A stretch of DNA of 64,000 nt from Laetmonice hystrix. Its lineage: Eukaryota. Under the pieces are notes generated by a model. That model saw nothing but the letters and a program-made list of their open reading frames with translations, made no database searches and had not been told where the DNA came from. The position numbers and the translations under genes are program-made. The stretch covers positions 17,732,001 through 17,796,000 of the forward strand of contig OZ249441.1 of assembly GCA_965235115.1 (NCBI GenBank), written 5' to 3'. Below are positions 61,678 through 64,000 of this stretch, one piece after another. How positions within the stretch are numbered: the stretch's first letter is position 1; each line of letters starts with the position of its first letter.

Positions 61678-64000
61678 CTGTTACAGGGTCGATACCCGGG
61701 TATGAATGCGCTATTATACCTGGACAAATTAACACAGATGGCATCTAGCATAACGAAATCATCAACGTTTTAAAATATTCCTTTGATATGTTTCGCACCT
61801 GTTGCAGGTGTATCTTTTAAAACTCGGTTCTCATTTTCCGACTTCTATAACTTGGTACAGAGAACCGTTTCACAGAGGTCACAGGAGTCAGGGCCATTGC
61901 GGACGGCTTGGAATGTGTTTTATGTCTTTACGAACACGTTTAATTTAACAGAGAAAACATGCACTCCTCACATATCATGAGGTATACCCCCTGAACAGGT
62001 ATAACAGGAGTTCAAGCTGTGGAGTCAAAATATCCAGCAGAATGCAGTCGGGAATGCCTAAAAAATGAATGTGCCCTTAAATATAATGAGTAGGCCCCTA
62101 TACATGCATACTGCCCTTTTCGATTGTCACTGGAGAAGCAGTGCCAAAGGCATAGATCGGTATGTTTTCATAGAACGAAAACTTGACCGGAGTAAGGAGC
62201 TAGGGGGTAAATGCCCCCACCCTACCCAACCCCACTTTTAGGCAGATAGAGCCGCCTTTGTTGATGAAAGGAGACCGATCCCTATGGCACGTGCCAGTCA
62301 CCACCACCCATCCACCCCACCCCCACCCCACCCATCCACCCCACCCATCCACCCCACCCCCTACCCCCCACCCCCCACACCTCCCTAACCCCCGCCACTG
62401 ACGCCAACGAGCAATCATAATAGCACAAATTGTATTGACACAAGCCGCGTCGACATGTCCAAACTCCGGAGATGGATCCTATATTCTGCCGGGGGGTGTC
62501 GGGGGGTGTCGGGGGGGGGGGGGTGCGGGTATAGCAGCCAGTACCGCCGTACACTGCCCAACCCAGACGTCGTGTTTGCCCAGCCCTCATTCCAACCAGC
62601 GATCTCCATACAGGTGCAGCAGTCCAACCAGAACGAACCAAACAGCGGAGTATACTGCCCAGTTCATACCTCAACGTCTGGTTACAGAAAAAACGGTTTT
62701 AATCGTCTAGGTGGTTCATGTTACAGTCGACGTCTGACAGATCAAAGTTAGGCGGGTTTACCAGAAGAGAAACATGGTACCCTGCAGGCACATTCTTGGA
62801 GTTCCCCCGCCGACCTGTTCAGGTTGTTAGAGATTTACATGTTTAACATGTGAGCGGGTTAATTGGCTAATTGATGGCATGCAGCCTGGCCGTCAACGCA
62901 AGGCTGCACTGGGTAAATAAACTCGGCTGGTTTGTAAATCGGCTTAATAAAATGGCATGAGATTAGTAGAATATATTTACATATAGAACTGATACAATAT
63001 CAGTATTTTTCAGCGTGGAAAATGTCACGTCGCCCTGAGATCGGGTGAGGATGCGTCTAAAAAATTTAATTAATATCGAAATCGAAACAGTTGCTTCGCC
63101 AACATTTGACAGATTACCAACTGAAAATATCGGCTTTGAAATAACATTCCCGCCAAAAATGGCTTTTCTTGACAGACGGTCAAATGTACGATAACATTGG
63201 CCTGTGTTGTTTACCTACTAAGTACAACCCCAGAAATGGTAGTTTCCCGAATGTTTTATGGTTGAGAAACAGTCCATGAATTTGATTTTCCAAATCACTC
63301 GAGCTCCCCTAACGGGCAAATGGTCCACAGAGATAGTAGACCCATTCATTGGCAGTTGGTGCCATTTTGCCCAGGAGGATGAAATAGATTTCACATAATT
63401 TAAATCCCCCCCCCCCCTCCTTTCTCGGGACACCTGTTCCCCACCGGCTCCAGACTGCCTGAGCCAGGACGACCTTGGTTGACCCCGTCCTTGACCCCGC
63501 CACATTTTGTAGCTCATATATACATACAGGTGTAATGTGTTTGATCTTACTGAGAGATTAGCCGCTTTCTGTGTGGTAAACGAGGTGAACTGAGACAGTG
63601 CCTGGCGGCGGCGGGTTTCTAGGCACCTGTTCTAGGACTGTGGTCTGCCGACACAGCCCGTACCCGTGTCTGTGTGCTGCTCCGTTAAGTGTACTCACTG
63701 TAACAGGTCATCAGGGCCACAATACTATACGGTGCACTGTAAGTAATGGTATTTGGACAATAGAATTGTTGTACTTGCTCCAAACAGCATGTCTAACATG
63801 TTATAGCATGAATAGAGCTATGAAGATATGTCGATAAGGTATAAGGTATATCTGAATAACATACAAACCCAAAGCTGCGATATAATGATACATAGACTGA
63901 TAGAGTAATTTAGATAGCATTATACGGTACCTCATATACATACAGGTGGTGTGGGTCGGTTACAGGTTTTTACAGACGTATTTGCAAACTCAAGTGATCA

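Overview
Eukaryotic genomic DNA, most likely from an invertebrate animal. This is inferred from GT-AG flanked short exon-like segments, abundant CpG and the absence of prokaryotic gene structure. I could not assign any gene symbol and found no rRNA, functional tRNA or CRISPR array. About 13.8 kb (~21%) of the window is made of ~19 mutually unrelated tandem arrays with units of 18-98 bp plus one of 334 bp. Nearly all long ORFs in the six-frame track are artefacts of these arrays. The best-supported gene evidence is a set of + strand exons at 2.2-6.4 kb encoding a protein I do not recognise; other candidate exons are low confidence. There are several non-autonomous TIR elements, including a pristine Harbinger-like MITE at 43.8 kb, and an assembly gap at 41,024-41,152. 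The most interesting signals concern how the arrays arise: (i) a 334-bp unit with a tRNA-derived Pol III head, present as a 2.26-copy concatemer inside an 81-bp minisatellite; (ii) a 65-bp satellite that is a head-to-tail multimer of a tiny TIR element starting at a TTAA; (iii) a 60-bp array that begins at a fold-back inversion; (iv) recurring splice-donor-like hexamers in unrelated units; and (v) a perfect 30-bp CRE/E-box palindrome. All calls are by eye, without database confirmation.
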